Below, piece by piece: positions 19,703 through 29,508 of a stretch of 62,362 bases of DNA (positions are counted from its first letter, which is position 1; the number at the start of each line of letters is the position of its first letter). This stretch comes from an uncultured Bifidobacterium sp. Its GTDB lineage: Bacteria > Actinomycetota > Actinomycetes > Actinomycetales > Bifidobacteriaceae. Location of the stretch: positions 1 to 62,362 of the forward strand of contig CALNAE010000212.1 in the NCBI GenBank assembly GCA_937874315.1. The letters run 5' to 3'. The position numbers and the translations under genes were made by a program. A model generated the notes under the pieces. The model did not search any database and was not told where the DNA came from. It was given only the letters and a program-made list of their open reading frames with translations.

Positions 19703-20371
19703 TCAGGCGTGTCGGGCCAAAAGGCGCGTGGCGAAGCCCTGTGGGGCGTCCTCGGCAAGCAGGCTGAAGGTGAGGTGGTCGCGCCACTGGCCATCGACGT
19801 ACATATAACCCGGCCGAAGGCCTTCGCGATGAGCCTCAAGTTTGGCGACCACGCGCAGCGAGCGATCGTTGCATGGCACGATGGCGATCTCCAACCGATG
19901 CAGATGCGGGCCGTCATCGTCATGCAACGCCCAGTCAGCCAACATCGCCACGGCCGTTGGCGCGATACCGTGGCCGATCGCGTCCTGAGCCACCCAATAT
20001 CCGACCACGCCCGTGCGCATCGAACCATAGGTGATGGCGCCCAACGAGATCTGCCCGACGATCCGCATCTGAAATTCGATCAGCAGCACGATGGCCGTCC
20101 CCTCGTTCTCATCACGACGCTGACGCTGCAGCCACTGCTGAAAAGTGAGACCGCCGCCGTTCTGCGGATCCCCCGACTCCCATGGAGCCAGCCATGAGGC
20201 ATTGCGGGCGCGCACGGCATTCCAGGCCCCGAGGTCCTCGGCGCCCATCGTTCGCAGCCGTATGGCCACCATCCCCCGTGGCGCGCACAGCGTCTCGGGA
20301 AAGTGCAGCGCGCGATCAGCGCGGGCGGGCGCGGGCGTAATCATCGAACGTATGGAACGCAAGAGAGACAT
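19703..20371 (-). CDS. RimJ/RimL-family GNAT acetyltransferase
   Basis: NASWLAPWE, VGYWVAQ..GHGIAP, LHRLEIAI.P.N.RSLRV and YMYVDGQWRDH. Confidence 0.9.
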   Translation of the reverse strand: MSLLRSIRSMITPAPARADRALHFPETLCAPRGMVAIRLRTMGAEDLGAWNAVRARNASWLAPWESGDPQNGGGLTFQQWLQRQRRDENEGTAIVLLIEFQMRIVGQISLGAITYGSMRTGVVGYWVAQDAIGHGIAPTAVAMLADWALHDDDGPHLHRLEIAIVPCNDRSLRVVAKLEAHREGLRPGYMYVDGQWRDHLTFSLLAEDAPQGFATRLLARHA

Positions 20372-20429
20372 GGAAACCATTGTGCCACCATCTGCCCGCG
20401 GTCAGGGGAACACCACTACCATGGTGGAT

Positions 20430-21068
20430 ATGAAGACCCAGCCGGATGGCGCATCTGCCGAACACCTCCTTGATCCGATCCGTGCCAGGAAACAACAGCT
20501 GCGCGAGCACGCCAGACTACGACGCGGTCTTATCGGCAACGCCCAGCTCGAAGAAGCCGGGCCGGCGCTCAGGCGCGAATCCGCGCAATATGTGAAGACA
20601 CTGGCCGCAGGCTCGACGGTGGCCGCATATGTTTCCATGGGCCATGAGGTGCCCACGACACCGACCTTGGACGACTGGCGTGCGCGCGGGTTGGATATTC
20701 TGGTGCCCCGGCTCGGATCAGGATTGGAGATCGGGTGGGGTTATTATGGCGGTTCCAAGGCTCTACAAGCCATGCCGCGCACCACGACCGGCGGATTGCG
20801 CCCCGCCGAACCGGACGGATGCGTCTTCGGCCCCGAACGCCTGGCACGGGCCGAAGTGATCCTCATCCCAGCCTTCGCCGTGGATTCGCAGCTGTTCAGA
20901 CTGGGCCGGGGCGCAGGATGGTACGACAGGGCCTTGCTCCATCGCTCCCCCCGTGCCGTGCTCTTGGCCGTCTGCTGGCCTTGGGAGATGACCACACAGC
21001 CACTGCCCAGGAACGCCCATGACATACCGGTCGACCATGTGATTCGGTTGCCGCAGCCGCAGCGGTGA
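20430..21068 (+). CDS. 5-formyltetrahydrofolate cyclo-ligase
   Basis: RKQQLR, VAAYVSMGHEVPT, IPAFAVD...RLGRGAGWYDR and HDIPVD. Confidence 0.9.
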   Translation: MKTQPDGASAEHLLDPIRARKQQLREHARLRRGLIGNAQLEEAGPALRRESAQYVKTLAAGSTVAAYVSMGHEVPTTPTLDDWRARGLDILVPRLGSGLEIGWGYYGGSKALQAMPRTTTGGLRPAEPDGCVFGPERLARAEVILIPAFAVDSQLFRLGRGAGWYDRALLHRSPRAVLLAVCWPWEMTTQPLPRNAHDIPVDHVIRLPQPQR

Positions 21069-21200
21069 GCATCCGAACCCCCACGCGTTATGAGCCGGCC
21101 GCGCACGTTCGCGACCAGTGAACCGCTCTGTCCCAGCCCCGGTTAGGATATGAGAAGATGACATGTTATGCGGATTAGTATCGCGCGTGGAGGAAGAGCA

Positions 21201-21392
21201 TTGCCCAATTACCATTATCGTTGCAAACACTGCGGATACGATTTCAGCCGGTACCAGTCCTTCGAGGACGACCCCGTCACCATCTGCCCGCAATGCCATT
21301 TGCCCCAGGTGCGCAAGGTGTTCTCGGCGGTTCCCATCGAATTCAAGGGCCACGGGTTCTACCGCACCGACCGGGGCGGCACCAAAAAGTAG
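21201..21392 (+). CDS. FmdB-family zinc-ribbon protein
   Basis: (M)PNYHYRCKHCG...CPQC...FKGHGFYRTD. TTG start after GGAGG. Confidence 0.9.
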   Translation: MPNYHYRCKHCGYDFSRYQSFEDDPVTICPQCHLPQVRKVFSAVPIEFKGHGFYRTDRGGTKK

Positions 21393-21584
21393 GCTTGAAG
21401 GCCGGTCTGAAAGTTGAACTGAAGGTCGGCACGTTCCCGACGCTGTTCGCCGACTCGCCCACTCGCCGACTCGGCGACACACCGGTAGCCCGAAGCCTTC
21501 GACCACATCGTCGCGGTGGCGTTGCGACCGCCCGTCATCGGCTGTCATGCTGCCGGTATGGCATCATCATTCATCAGATTCACC

Positions 21585-22262
21585 ATGGCCAACCTCATGG
21601 AGGCAATGCGAATTCCGATACGTTTCGAGCGTGGTTCGGTCGCATTACGACCCTCGCTCAAGCAACGCCGCGGGTTACGCACTCTGCGTCATATCCTTGC
21701 GGCCGGCTGTGCCGGGTTGGCGGTGTTCTTCGCCCTGAGCGCCCTCACACACAGTGCCCGGACACGCCCGGTAGTCATGACGTCACATCATCTCAGCCGC
21801 GGGCATCGCATCACTGCGGGCGATATCGCGGTTCGTCAACTGCCTTCGAATGTCTTGCAACATGCAACTTTTTCGAAGATATCGCAGGTCGTCGGTTCCA
21901 TCACGCAGATCGAGGTCGAACGGAATTCGCCCCTGCTGACCGGCTCCATCGCGTCCATCCCCCGCGTGCCCGACGGAGCCACGGTGCTTGACATCCGGCT
22001 GACCGGCGTGGTCCGGGCCATCGCTCCCGGCGAGGAGATCATGCTGGTCGCAGTCACCCCATGCGCTCGGACGTCCTGTGACGAGGCTTCGTCGGTGCTG
22101 GTGGAGCGTGCGTTGGTGATGGACGCGCCGAAGACCAGCAAGACGACATCGGGAGTTACGCTGCCGTGCGCCATAGATCATCAGTTGGTCGCAAAAATCC
22201 TAGCCGCCCAAGAGAACGCCGCCATCATGGCAGTCGCCCGATCAACATCGAATAGCCCATAG
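21585..22262 (+). CDS. SAF-domain (CpaB/FlgA-like) membrane-anchored protein
   Basis: TM segment, then PVVMTSHHLSRGHRITAGDIAV (SAF-like). Its position after FmdB mirrors Rv0990c. Start uncertain. Confidence 0.7.
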   Translation: MANLMEAMRIPIRFERGSVALRPSLKQRRGLRTLRHILAAGCAGLAVFFALSALTHSARTRPVVMTSHHLSRGHRITAGDIAVRQLPSNVLQHATFSKISQVVGSITQIEVERNSPLLTGSIASIPRVPDGATVLDIRLTGVVRAIAPGEEIMLVAVTPCARTSCDEASSVLVERALVMDAPKTSKTTSGVTLPCAIDHQLVAKILAAQENAAIMAVARSTSNSP

Positions 22263-22287
22263 CTCCGCTCACAAACCGAGCGCGTCG

Positions 22288-22488
22288 CTATCCCCGTTCA
22301 TCGAACACCGCCCAATGCGGCGGCAGCTGCGTAAGAATGCGCATATCGTCATCATGGTCGCGTTGCGGCTTGGGGATCGACGACTCGGCCGCATCGTCTC
22401 CGCCATCATCCTCGAACCGTTCGGCGCCTTGACGCTGGACGCGACGATATCCACGCGGATGTCGTCGCAGCGCATCGTACCCCGTCAC
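22288..22488 (-). CDS. Small hypothetical protein (66 aa), translationally coupled to the helicase-like gene
   Basis: The GTG start overlaps the upstream TGA (GTGA). The C-terminus reads DDDMRILTQLPPHW. Confidence 0.65.
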   Translation of the reverse strand: MTGYDALRRHPRGYRRVQRQGAERFEDDGGDDAAESSIPKPQRDHDDDMRILTQLPPHWAVFDERG

Positions 22489-25400
22489 TGAATGCCCCGA
22501 TATATCTCGCTGATTCTGTCGATCACGCGGTCCACTTCCTTGTCCGGGTTGACGAAGGCGCCGACGCTCCAGATATTCATCACCGACCAACCCAACAACT
22601 CGACGTTCTGCAACAGCAGCCGGTGACGCCGCCGCGTGGACTGGATGCCCATGAAATCAGCGTCATCGGTGAATATGGCCAACGAGAAGGGCTTGTCCTT
22701 CAGACCGACCACCAATGGAATGCGCATTCCGCCATCGAAGCCGTAGTCCACCGCCGCCCTCAGCCCCCGCGAGCGTATGCGCGAGGCCAGATCGCTGAAC
22801 AACACGTTATCCGTCGCACCGTCCGCGGCAGGGAGGACCTCCTGGGTGTCAAGGCCCTCCGCCCACTGCAGCAGCGCCTTGAGCATCCGCGTACCAGGCT
22901 GGTGTAGCCGGTCGTCCTCCATATCCGCCGAGCCGAACGCCGCGACGATATCCACATGGTGACGGGACAATGCAAGCGCGTCGAGCAGCATGCCCTTGCC
23001 GCCTTCGCTTTCCAGGTAACCGAATTGCTGAAGCAACCTGCCATGCGAGGTTTTGGCGTAGCACAACGAAAGGATCGCGTCACTGGACTGTGCGCCGGAG
23101 ACCTCGTTGATGCCGATGAGTCGAACGTGACGGAGGAATTTGCCCATACCCGTGTTCTTGGCCGCCAACGCTTTGAGTTCGGCGCCAAGACGGCTCCGGA
23201 ACACCGCGGTGAGCGTCACCACGGTCAATACATATCCCGCCGGCACGATGGCGAATTCCGAAGCGCGCCGAGTGATGATGCCGATCACCTCATCGATCTC
23301 CTGTTGGCTGCTCTCGACGAGCCCGGTGGTCAGCACGGGCACGCCGGTGGCCTCGATCCGATGGAGACGAACCCTGCCCTGCGCCGATTCGGTAGTAACG
23401 TCATTGCGCAGGTCGCCATACCCCTGATCGTGCAGGAAAACGTTCAACGCAGGAAGCCTGCATGTGGAACGACCCGATGTCGGGACGCTTGGCAGCATCG
23501 CGACCAACGCCGACAGACTCGGTGAGGTCACCGTGTCGCGATGGGCCACGACGATGACGCCCCTGGCGCGGCTGAGAATCGAAAGCAACTGCACCGCGGG
23601 CAGATGGGATCCGGCGTCGATCACCGCGACGTCACATAACGGGGCGGGTTCCGTCAGCGCGGCGAGAGTGGAAGGCGTCGCCATGATGATCGGTTTCGCG
23701 GCTTTCATGATCTCGGGATGGTCACGCACGATGCGACTCAGCGCGATCCGGGAGGAACCGGCCAACGTCGTATGCAGCTGATTCGCCTCCTGGGTCCTGG
23801 AAAACAGCAGGTCGGAAAGATGCCGCATTGACTCCTGTCGGAGCATCGGCCCAATGGAACGCACGTGCTCGACGTCTACTTGAGCGAATCGATCTGCTGC
23901 CGCCTGCATGGCCGACCCATCCTGATTGGATATGATGGCCGACGAACGGACGATGTCCTCGAACACCGTGGTCCACCAGGACAACTGCAGCTCGGCTTCT
24001 ACGGCATCGATGTCCACGCGACGGTTCCTCAGATCCTCAACCAATTCCTCGAGCCCGTTCTTGTGAAATTCCTGTTCCAGCTGGAAGCGTCCGGGCAGAT
24101 TGTCCAAGGCCAGATGATCGTCGTACAGCGCCTTCAACCGAGTCTCCAGGCTGTTGAAATCCAGCGTCTCCAAATTCCCGCCGCGAGGCGTCGTGGCCAA
24201 CACCGCATCGAGAGCGGTGGTGTGGTCCACCAGCGATTCCTGGGTCGCGAGGATGGCATCGAGCTTTGCCGGCAGCACCGGCCAACCGCCGTGCGGGACG
24301 AACAACCGCCACTGTTTACCCTGTTTCGCCACGACTTTCAGGGCATCATGCAGATTCTCAACCTGCGCCCCTACGCGCAACAGGCCTTTGGCCTCCTTGA
24401 TGTGCCGACGGCGCTCCCAGAAGCCCATCGTGGAACCCGAGGCCTTTCGTTCGGACTTCGGCTGGCTTGCCTCCAGCATGGCGTTGAGATCTCGCTCAAA
24501 GATCTCCGGCTGGAATACGTCGAGGACACGACGCAGATTGCGCAGCACGACGACCTGTCTTCCCCACTCCTGCACGGTGAGAGGAACCGGGAAGCCACAG
24601 GTCTTGACCGTCAAGGCAACTTGTTCCCTAGTGACCGGCAACAGTTTCTGCAACATATCGACGACACGTTGATACGCATCCACCGCCTCATGCTCGCTCG
24701 ACACCGATGCGTGATACCACGCGGTGTCATCGGGGCCGATCACATATTCGCCGAGCTCGCCAGCCCGACGAAGCTTCTCGGCCCAGCCGTCAAGATTGCC
24801 GCTCAGCGCATGAGCGGTGGTTTCCCCCAACCGCACCCGGGTCGATGGATGGGTGGGCATGGCGGTGATGGTGGCCAGATTCTGAATCGTCTGATATGCG
24901 GAAACCCCCCAACGCTCATTGACGCCGTGCAGGTCACCGAGATAACGCGTCAGTCGCGAGCGCACCCCCACCAACTCATCGGCAAGCTGATCGAACCTCG
25001 AGGAAGCAACGCCGGGTTGGAAGCCGACGGCTTCGATCAATTGCCTGTCGAGTCCCGTTCCTGCATGCGAATCGGCGATATCCAGTACCTGCCCGTGCAG
25101 TTCGTTGGCATCGATCACGCTCATGAAACGTCGACGCTGTTCCGCCACACAGGGAACATACAGCACGGAACGACCATTGATCATACACCGCGCGGCGATC
25201 GCAGCCGATTGCTCCGCGGTGTCGGCGCCGGCGGCCGCATCCACCAGCAACGAATGCCCCTCGGCGGCGAGGAAGGCCGCATAGCGCACGCTGTTATCGA
25301 CGTCGCCAATTTCAAACTCTGCGTGCGGGTCGCCGTCGAAAGGGCTGAACTCCGGCAGTGAGTCGCCCTGCAACGCTTCGATGGCCGGTCCGTACCCGGC

Positions 25401-26102
25401 CAAGGCATCCAACACCGTGTTGCCGGATGGACCGTGTTCGAGCCCTGTCGTAAGACGACGTGCCTCCAGTAGAATCTGCGAAGCGGGGTCGATGAAGCAA
25501 CCAAGCACGATGTCCCGTTCGATGTCAAAATCTTCAAAAGCCCGATTTGCCTGATCGGTTATGACCTTGAACACCGCCGAGGTCTCCGGAGTGCCGCTCT
25601 CGTAACGCGAACCGTCAAACAGCTCTTGTTCATCGAGGTCGACGCCCCGCTCATGCATGACGGCCACGAAGTTGGGATTGAGCCTGACATGACCGGTGAA
25701 TCGTATCGTCGCATCCGTTTCCCGGCCATGGGCCTTGCGCGACACGCCCACCGGATAGATGAGCACCGGCATTGAATTGCCGTTCCAACTGGCGACACCC
25801 ACGACCAGCGACAATTCCGCGACGCCACTAATGCGGCGTTTGGCGGCTTGATCGTCCATGACTCGCTCCAGCCGGCGCCCGGCTGCGCGGAGCATGCCCG
25901 CATCGCGGAACAGCGATTCCAGCAGTACCTGCCCGCTCGCGAACAGCTGGGCGATGCCCGAGGGGTGGGCATGGGTCATGTCAAGCTGGGCGGTCAACTG
26001 ACTGACATCCTCCAACGGCGAAGGCTTCATGCCACTGCGATAATCCTCGCTCCAACGCCGGATGCGTGCCAAACCTTCGTCAACCTGCATCGTTTCAGTC
26101 AT
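22485..26102 (-). CDS. Large SF1 (Upf1/DUF4011-like) helicase-like protein with a C-terminal restriction-endonuclease/Vsr-like domain; catalytic motifs degenerate
   Basis: Layout of the DUF4011-helicase family (KPIIMATP, DVAVID, QFGYL...GG, C-terminal LAIFTD...LGWSVMNIWS). No GxxGxGK[ST] or DE motif is present. Confidence 0.7.
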   Translation of the reverse strand: MTETMQVDEGLARIRRWSEDYRSGMKPSPLEDVSQLTAQLDMTHAHPSGIAQLFASGQVLLESLFRDAGMLRAAGRRLERVMDDQAAKRRISGVAELSLVVGVASWNGNSMPVLIYPVGVSRKAHGRETDATIRFTGHVRLNPNFVAVMHERGVDLDEQELFDGSRYESGTPETSAVFKVITDQANRAFEDFDIERDIVLGCFIDPASQILLEARRLTTGLEHGPSGNTVLDALAGYGPAIEALQGDSLPEFSPFDGDPHAEFEIGDVDNSVRYAAFLAAEGHSLLVDAAAGADTAEQSAAIAARCMINGRSVLYVPCVAEQRRRFMSVIDANELHGQVLDIADSHAGTGLDRQLIEAVGFQPGVASSRFDQLADELVGVRSRLTRYLGDLHGVNERWGVSAYQTIQNLATITAMPTHPSTRVRLGETTAHALSGNLDGWAEKLRRAGELGEYVIGPDDTAWYHASVSSEHEAVDAYQRVVDMLQKLLPVTREQVALTVKTCGFPVPLTVQEWGRQVVVLRNLRRVLDVFQPEIFERDLNAMLEASQPKSERKASGSTMGFWERRRHIKEAKGLLRVGAQVENLHDALKVVAKQGKQWRLFVPHGGWPVLPAKLDAILATQESLVDHTTALDAVLATTPRGGNLETLDFNSLETRLKALYDDHLALDNLPGRFQLEQEFHKNGLEELVEDLRNRRVDIDAVEAELQLSWWTTVFEDIVRSSAIISNQDGSAMQAAADRFAQVDVEHVRSIGPMLRQESMRHLSDLLFSRTQEANQLHTTLAGSSRIALSRIVRDHPEIMKAAKPIIMATPSTLAALTEPAPLCDVAVIDAGSHLPAVQLLSILSRARGVIVVAHRDTVTSPSLSALVAMLPSVPTSGRSTCRLPALNVFLHDQGYGDLRNDVTTESAQGRVRLHRIEATGVPVLTTGLVESSQQEIDEVIGIITRRASEFAIVPAGYVLTVVTLTAVFRSRLGAELKALAAKNTGMGKFLRHVRLIGINEVSGAQSSDAILSLCYAKTSHGRLLQQFGYLESEGGKGMLLDALALSRHHVDIVAAFGSADMEDDRLHQPGTRMLKALLQWAEGLDTQEVLPAADGATDNVLFSDLASRIRSRGLRAAVDYGFDGGMRIPLVVGLKDKPFSLAIFTDDADFMGIQSTRRRHRLLLQNVELLGWSVMNIWSVGAFVNPDKEVDRVIDRISEIYRGIQ

Positions 26103-26107
26103 GGCCT

Positions 26108-27844
26108 TCACTTCCCTACCGCAGTGCGGTACTCGTCGTATCCGGCATTCTTCGCCAATGCCGCATCGATGTCCTTGTTGCCCTGCGCGGCGAGCCACGC
26201 ATACAAATCGTCATACAACGACGGATTCATGGCGAGGAATGGCAACAGCTGGGGGTGTCGTGCGATTTCAAATTGTTCTGTGAAATCGGCGGTCGCCTTG
26301 GCCTGGTCGGAAGTCAGACCATCCACCTCAACCGCCGGCTCGTGCGTGCGGAACTCCCCCTGCTTCACCCGTTCGAACACCGATCCGGGTTCGAACGCCG
26401 GGGTGAACACGGCTGTGGAGTCCGGCTCGACTCCCTGTCCGGATGACTCTGGATCAGGTCCGGCGACGCTGGCCATGGTCTCGGCACCCGCCACCGGCTC
26501 AATGGCGCGGCCGTTTTCGGCGACAGGGTGCACCACGGCTTGCACTGAAGCCGTCGGGGTCTTCCCATCCTCATCGACCGTTCGGTTCGGCGCGGCTTCG
26601 TCATGCTCGGCGTCGTCGTGAGCCGCGTCGTCGTGAGCCGCGTCGTCGACAGTGGCGTCGACAGTGGCGTCGGCGGAGCCTACATTCGTTCCGCCAAGCC
26701 GATCGATTGACTGCGGGGCATGTCCGCCGAAAACCGTCTGCACCGCGATGGTGCGCTCGGGTTGCACGGCGTCATCGGGCATGTCGCTTTGCTCGGGCTC
26801 GGACAGCGCATCGACGAACAGATCACGTTTCTCGACCCTATCGGATGTCGCCGCGACGAAGTTCAAGGACAATCGCTCGATTGGATGACGATCCTCTTGT
26901 GCATCGGCGCCGCCCACCGTTTGTTCGCCAGACGCCGACGCCGGAGACGACGGGGCCTGCCCCGGTTGAGTCTGAGCCGGAGCCGGGGAATGAATCGGCT
27001 GAACCTGAGATTGAGATTGAGATTGAACCGGTTGAACCGTATCCGTCTGCTCGACATCTGACTGCTCGACGTTCGTCTGATCGACATCCGTCTGATCGAC
27101 ATCTGGCTGCGCCATCGCACCAGCGGTCTCCACACCGGATTCGGCGCGTTGCACCGGCTCCGCGACTTGCCTCGCCGATTCGGCCTGAACCGCAGACGAG
27201 GCATGCCCCTGCTCGTCCGTCGACGCCTCGGGGGGGTAGCTCGTCGCGGCCGCCTGTGTGATCTCATTGACGCGATGGGCGACGCTGCTGCGTCGAAACG
27301 CCGTGGTAGGTTCGCCGGCGCGCAGATTGAGAATGTCATCTACCGACATATCCGCCGCATCGGGCTCCTGCTTGACGTCAGCAGCCGCATAGTCGAACAG
27401 ATTGGGAACTTCCACGGCCGGTTCCTCATTGTGTTCGACCGGCTCGTCCACACGGATGAAATCAATCGGCACATCGCCGAATTGCATGCGTACGGGCGAA
27501 CCTGGCAGCAGAAATTCATCTCCGGGCGTCAGCCTTTTCAAACCTCCGTCGCTGCCGACGATGTAACTGCCATTGGTTGAATTCAGATCACGAACCAGCG
27601 CGCCCCCCTGTCTCGTCACCGAGATGATGGCGTGCCGTTTAGACATGGAACGCGTGGAATCCGCGACCTCCAGCCGCACGAAGCCATCGTCGCTCAGCGT
27701 ACGCAACGGCTTGCGTCCAACCTCGACGCTGGATCCAGGCCGAATGCTCATCTGTTCAGCACCCTTGGTTTTGACGATCCAATATCGCTCGATCCGCTCT
27801 GTCACCGTATAGGCCTTTCCCTCACACAACACACTGTTTACCAT
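26108..27844 (-). CDS. FHA-domain protein with a long acidic linker and a C-terminal LRV-like helical module
   Basis: FHA motifs VGRKP, SMSKRHA and VRDLNSTNGSY. C-terminal LAMNPSLYDDLYAWL. Start uncertain. Confidence 0.85.
   Translation of the reverse strand: MVNSVLCEGKAYTVTERIERYWIVKTKGAEQMSIRPGSSVEVGRKPLRTLSDDGFVRLEVADSTRSMSKRHAIISVTRQGGALVRDLNSTNGSYIVGSDGGLKRLTPGDEFLLPGSPVRMQFGDVPIDFIRVDEPVEHNEEPAVEVPNLFDYAAADVKQEPDAADMSVDDILNLRAGEPTTAFRRSSVAHRVNEITQAAATSYPPEASTDEQGHASSAVQAESARQVAEPVQRAESGVETAGAMAQPDVDQTDVDQTNVEQSDVEQTDTVQPVQSQSQSQVQPIHSPAPAQTQPGQAPSSPASASGEQTVGGADAQEDRHPIERLSLNFVAATSDRVEKRDLFVDALSEPEQSDMPDDAVQPERTIAVQTVFGGHAPQSIDRLGGTNVGSADATVDATVDDAAHDDAAHDDAEHDEAAPNRTVDEDGKTPTASVQAVVHPVAENGRAIEPVAGAETMASVAGPDPESSGQGVEPDSTAVFTPAFEPGSVFERVKQGEFRTHEPAVEVDGLTSDQAKATADFTEQFEIARHPQLLPFLAMNPSLYDDLYAWLAAQGNKDIDAALAKNAGYDEYRTAVGK
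26597..27102. repeat. Cluster of in-frame short tandem repeats inside the FHA gene
   Basis: 15-bp units encoding DDAAH x3, 12-bp DATV x2, 6-bp QS repeats (gattga) and 15-bp units encoding VDQTD/VEQSD x5. Confidence 0.8.
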
Positions 27845-27953
27845 TCTGTCATGTTTTCCGCGTTAACGTGAGGTTTGCACCAAGGAATTGCAAGTTGTAC
27901 GCATTATCCCGTCCACATCCATTTACTCGAGTCGTACGACCCGGCGCCTCGCG

Positions 27954-29363
27954 TTAGCCGCGGCGGCGTAACGGCATCCTCCCCGGCAACCTGCGAAGAG
28001 GTAGATCCAGCAGAATCCTGCGCTGCAACGGAATCGTCACCACGAAGGTCAGAACGTCGGACACGGACTGCGCCATCTGCACGCCCAGCACCCCAATGAG
28101 CCGAGACAGGATCAGCACGGCGGGCGCCAGGAACAACCCCAGTCTGCACAGGGCGAGGAATGACGCGATCACGGTTTTACCCATCGTCTGCTGCATCATA
28201 TTCGACATCATGTTGAAGCCGTTGAGCGCCACCGTCAGGCTCTGGATTCTCAACGCCTTCGTTCCTACCGCGATCACCGTGGGATCGGATCGGAACAGCG
28301 CCACCAAATCAGGCGCGCAAATCCATATCAGCACCGCAAGCATCAGCAGCCCCAACGTGGCCAGCCGAACGCAGAACCAGTATCCCGATTTGACCCTGTC
28401 AAACAAGCCGGCACCGAAGTTGTAGCCACACACCGGCTGGAATCCTTGACCAAGTCCGACCACGATCGAATTGGTGGCGAGCATCACCCGCATCACGATG
28501 GCCATGGCCGCGATCACCGCGTCGCCGAAAGGATTGGCGGCGAGATTCACACAGGTGACGGCGATTGATCCCGCACTCTGCCGAATCAACGAGGGCAGGC
28601 CGCCGCCGATGATCTCACGCACCAGAAGAACATCCGGTACGCAACGGCGTACGTCGAGCTTCAATACACCGAATCGTGCGCTCAACACGGTGAGGATCAC
28701 GAAGCTCAGCGTCTGACAGATGGCGGTTGCCAGCCCCGCACCGACGATGCCCATGCCGAATACGAAGATGAACAAAGGGGCCAGAATGAAATTGAGCAAC
28801 GCCCCCGAGACCAGGCCGACCATCCCGAATGCCGATTGGCCCTGATATCGCAACAGACCGTTGAGCGCAAACGATCCACAGACCATCGGAGCCGCGCACA
28901 GCATAGGCGTGAGATAGTCCACGGCGAAGGGTGCGATGGTCGGGGTCGACCCCAGCATGAACACCAGATCGTGCAACGTACTCAAGCCGACCACGGCGAT
29001 CAGCAATCCCGCCGATATCGCCCCGACGAATCCGATGGACAACAGCCGCGAGGCACGATCGTTGTTCTGCTTGCCAAGCTCGCGACTCATCGAATTTCCG
29101 GCCCCGTTGCCGAAGAAAAATCCCAAAGCCTGCATGATGGTCATGACGGAGAACGCGATGCCGATGGCACCGGACTGCGAGGTGCCCAGTCGACCGATGA
29201 AATAGGTGTCGGTCAGATTGTAGGCGGTCGTCACCAGATTGGAGACCACGGCAGGTACGCTGAGCCTCAGGATCAGCCCTGCGACCGGTTGCCGCGTCAT
29301 CTGTCGATATTTGGCATCGGCACTGGTCCGTTGAAAGTCCAAGAGATGATCGAAGTTCGGCAC
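27954..29363 (-). CDS. MATE-family efflux transporter
   Basis: LSVPAVVSNL, YNLTDTYFIGRLG, NFILAPLFIF...GIVGAGLAT and GFQPVCGYNFGAG. The real start is probably GTG 29363; the ORF-track extension overlaps rplL. Confidence 0.9.
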   Translation of the reverse strand: MPNFDHLLDFQRTSADAKYRQMTRQPVAGLILRLSVPAVVSNLVTTAYNLTDTYFIGRLGTSQSGAIGIAFSVMTIMQALGFFFGNGAGNSMSRELGKQNNDRASRLLSIGFVGAISAGLLIAVVGLSTLHDLVFMLGSTPTIAPFAVDYLTPMLCAAPMVCGSFALNGLLRYQGQSAFGMVGLVSGALLNFILAPLFIFVFGMGIVGAGLATAICQTLSFVILTVLSARFGVLKLDVRRCVPDVLLVREIIGGGLPSLIRQSAGSIAVTCVNLAANPFGDAVIAAMAIVMRVMLATNSIVVGLGQGFQPVCGYNFGAGLFDRVKSGYWFCVRLATLGLLMLAVLIWICAPDLVALFRSDPTVIAVGTKALRIQSLTVALNGFNMMSNMMQQTMGKTVIASFLALCRLGLFLAPAVLILSRLIGVLGVQMAQSVSDVLTFVVTIPLQRRILLDLPLRRLPGRMPLRRRG

Positions 29364-29414
29364 ACCGACAGTGTAGACCCGCGCCAGTCGCATCACACTG
29401 CGATATTCGCGGTG

Positions 29415-29475
29415 CGATAATTCGTCGGGCCCCGTCATCCATGATTGGTGGATGACGGGGCCCGACGAATTATCG
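29415..29475. terminator. 27-bp perfect inverted repeat downstream of rplL
   Basis: cgataattcgtcgggccccgtcatcca-tgattgg-tggatgacggggcccgacgaattatcg. Confidence 0.75.
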
Positions 29476-29508
29476 AAGGACATGCGACAAGCGCATCGCC
29501 CGCGCGAA

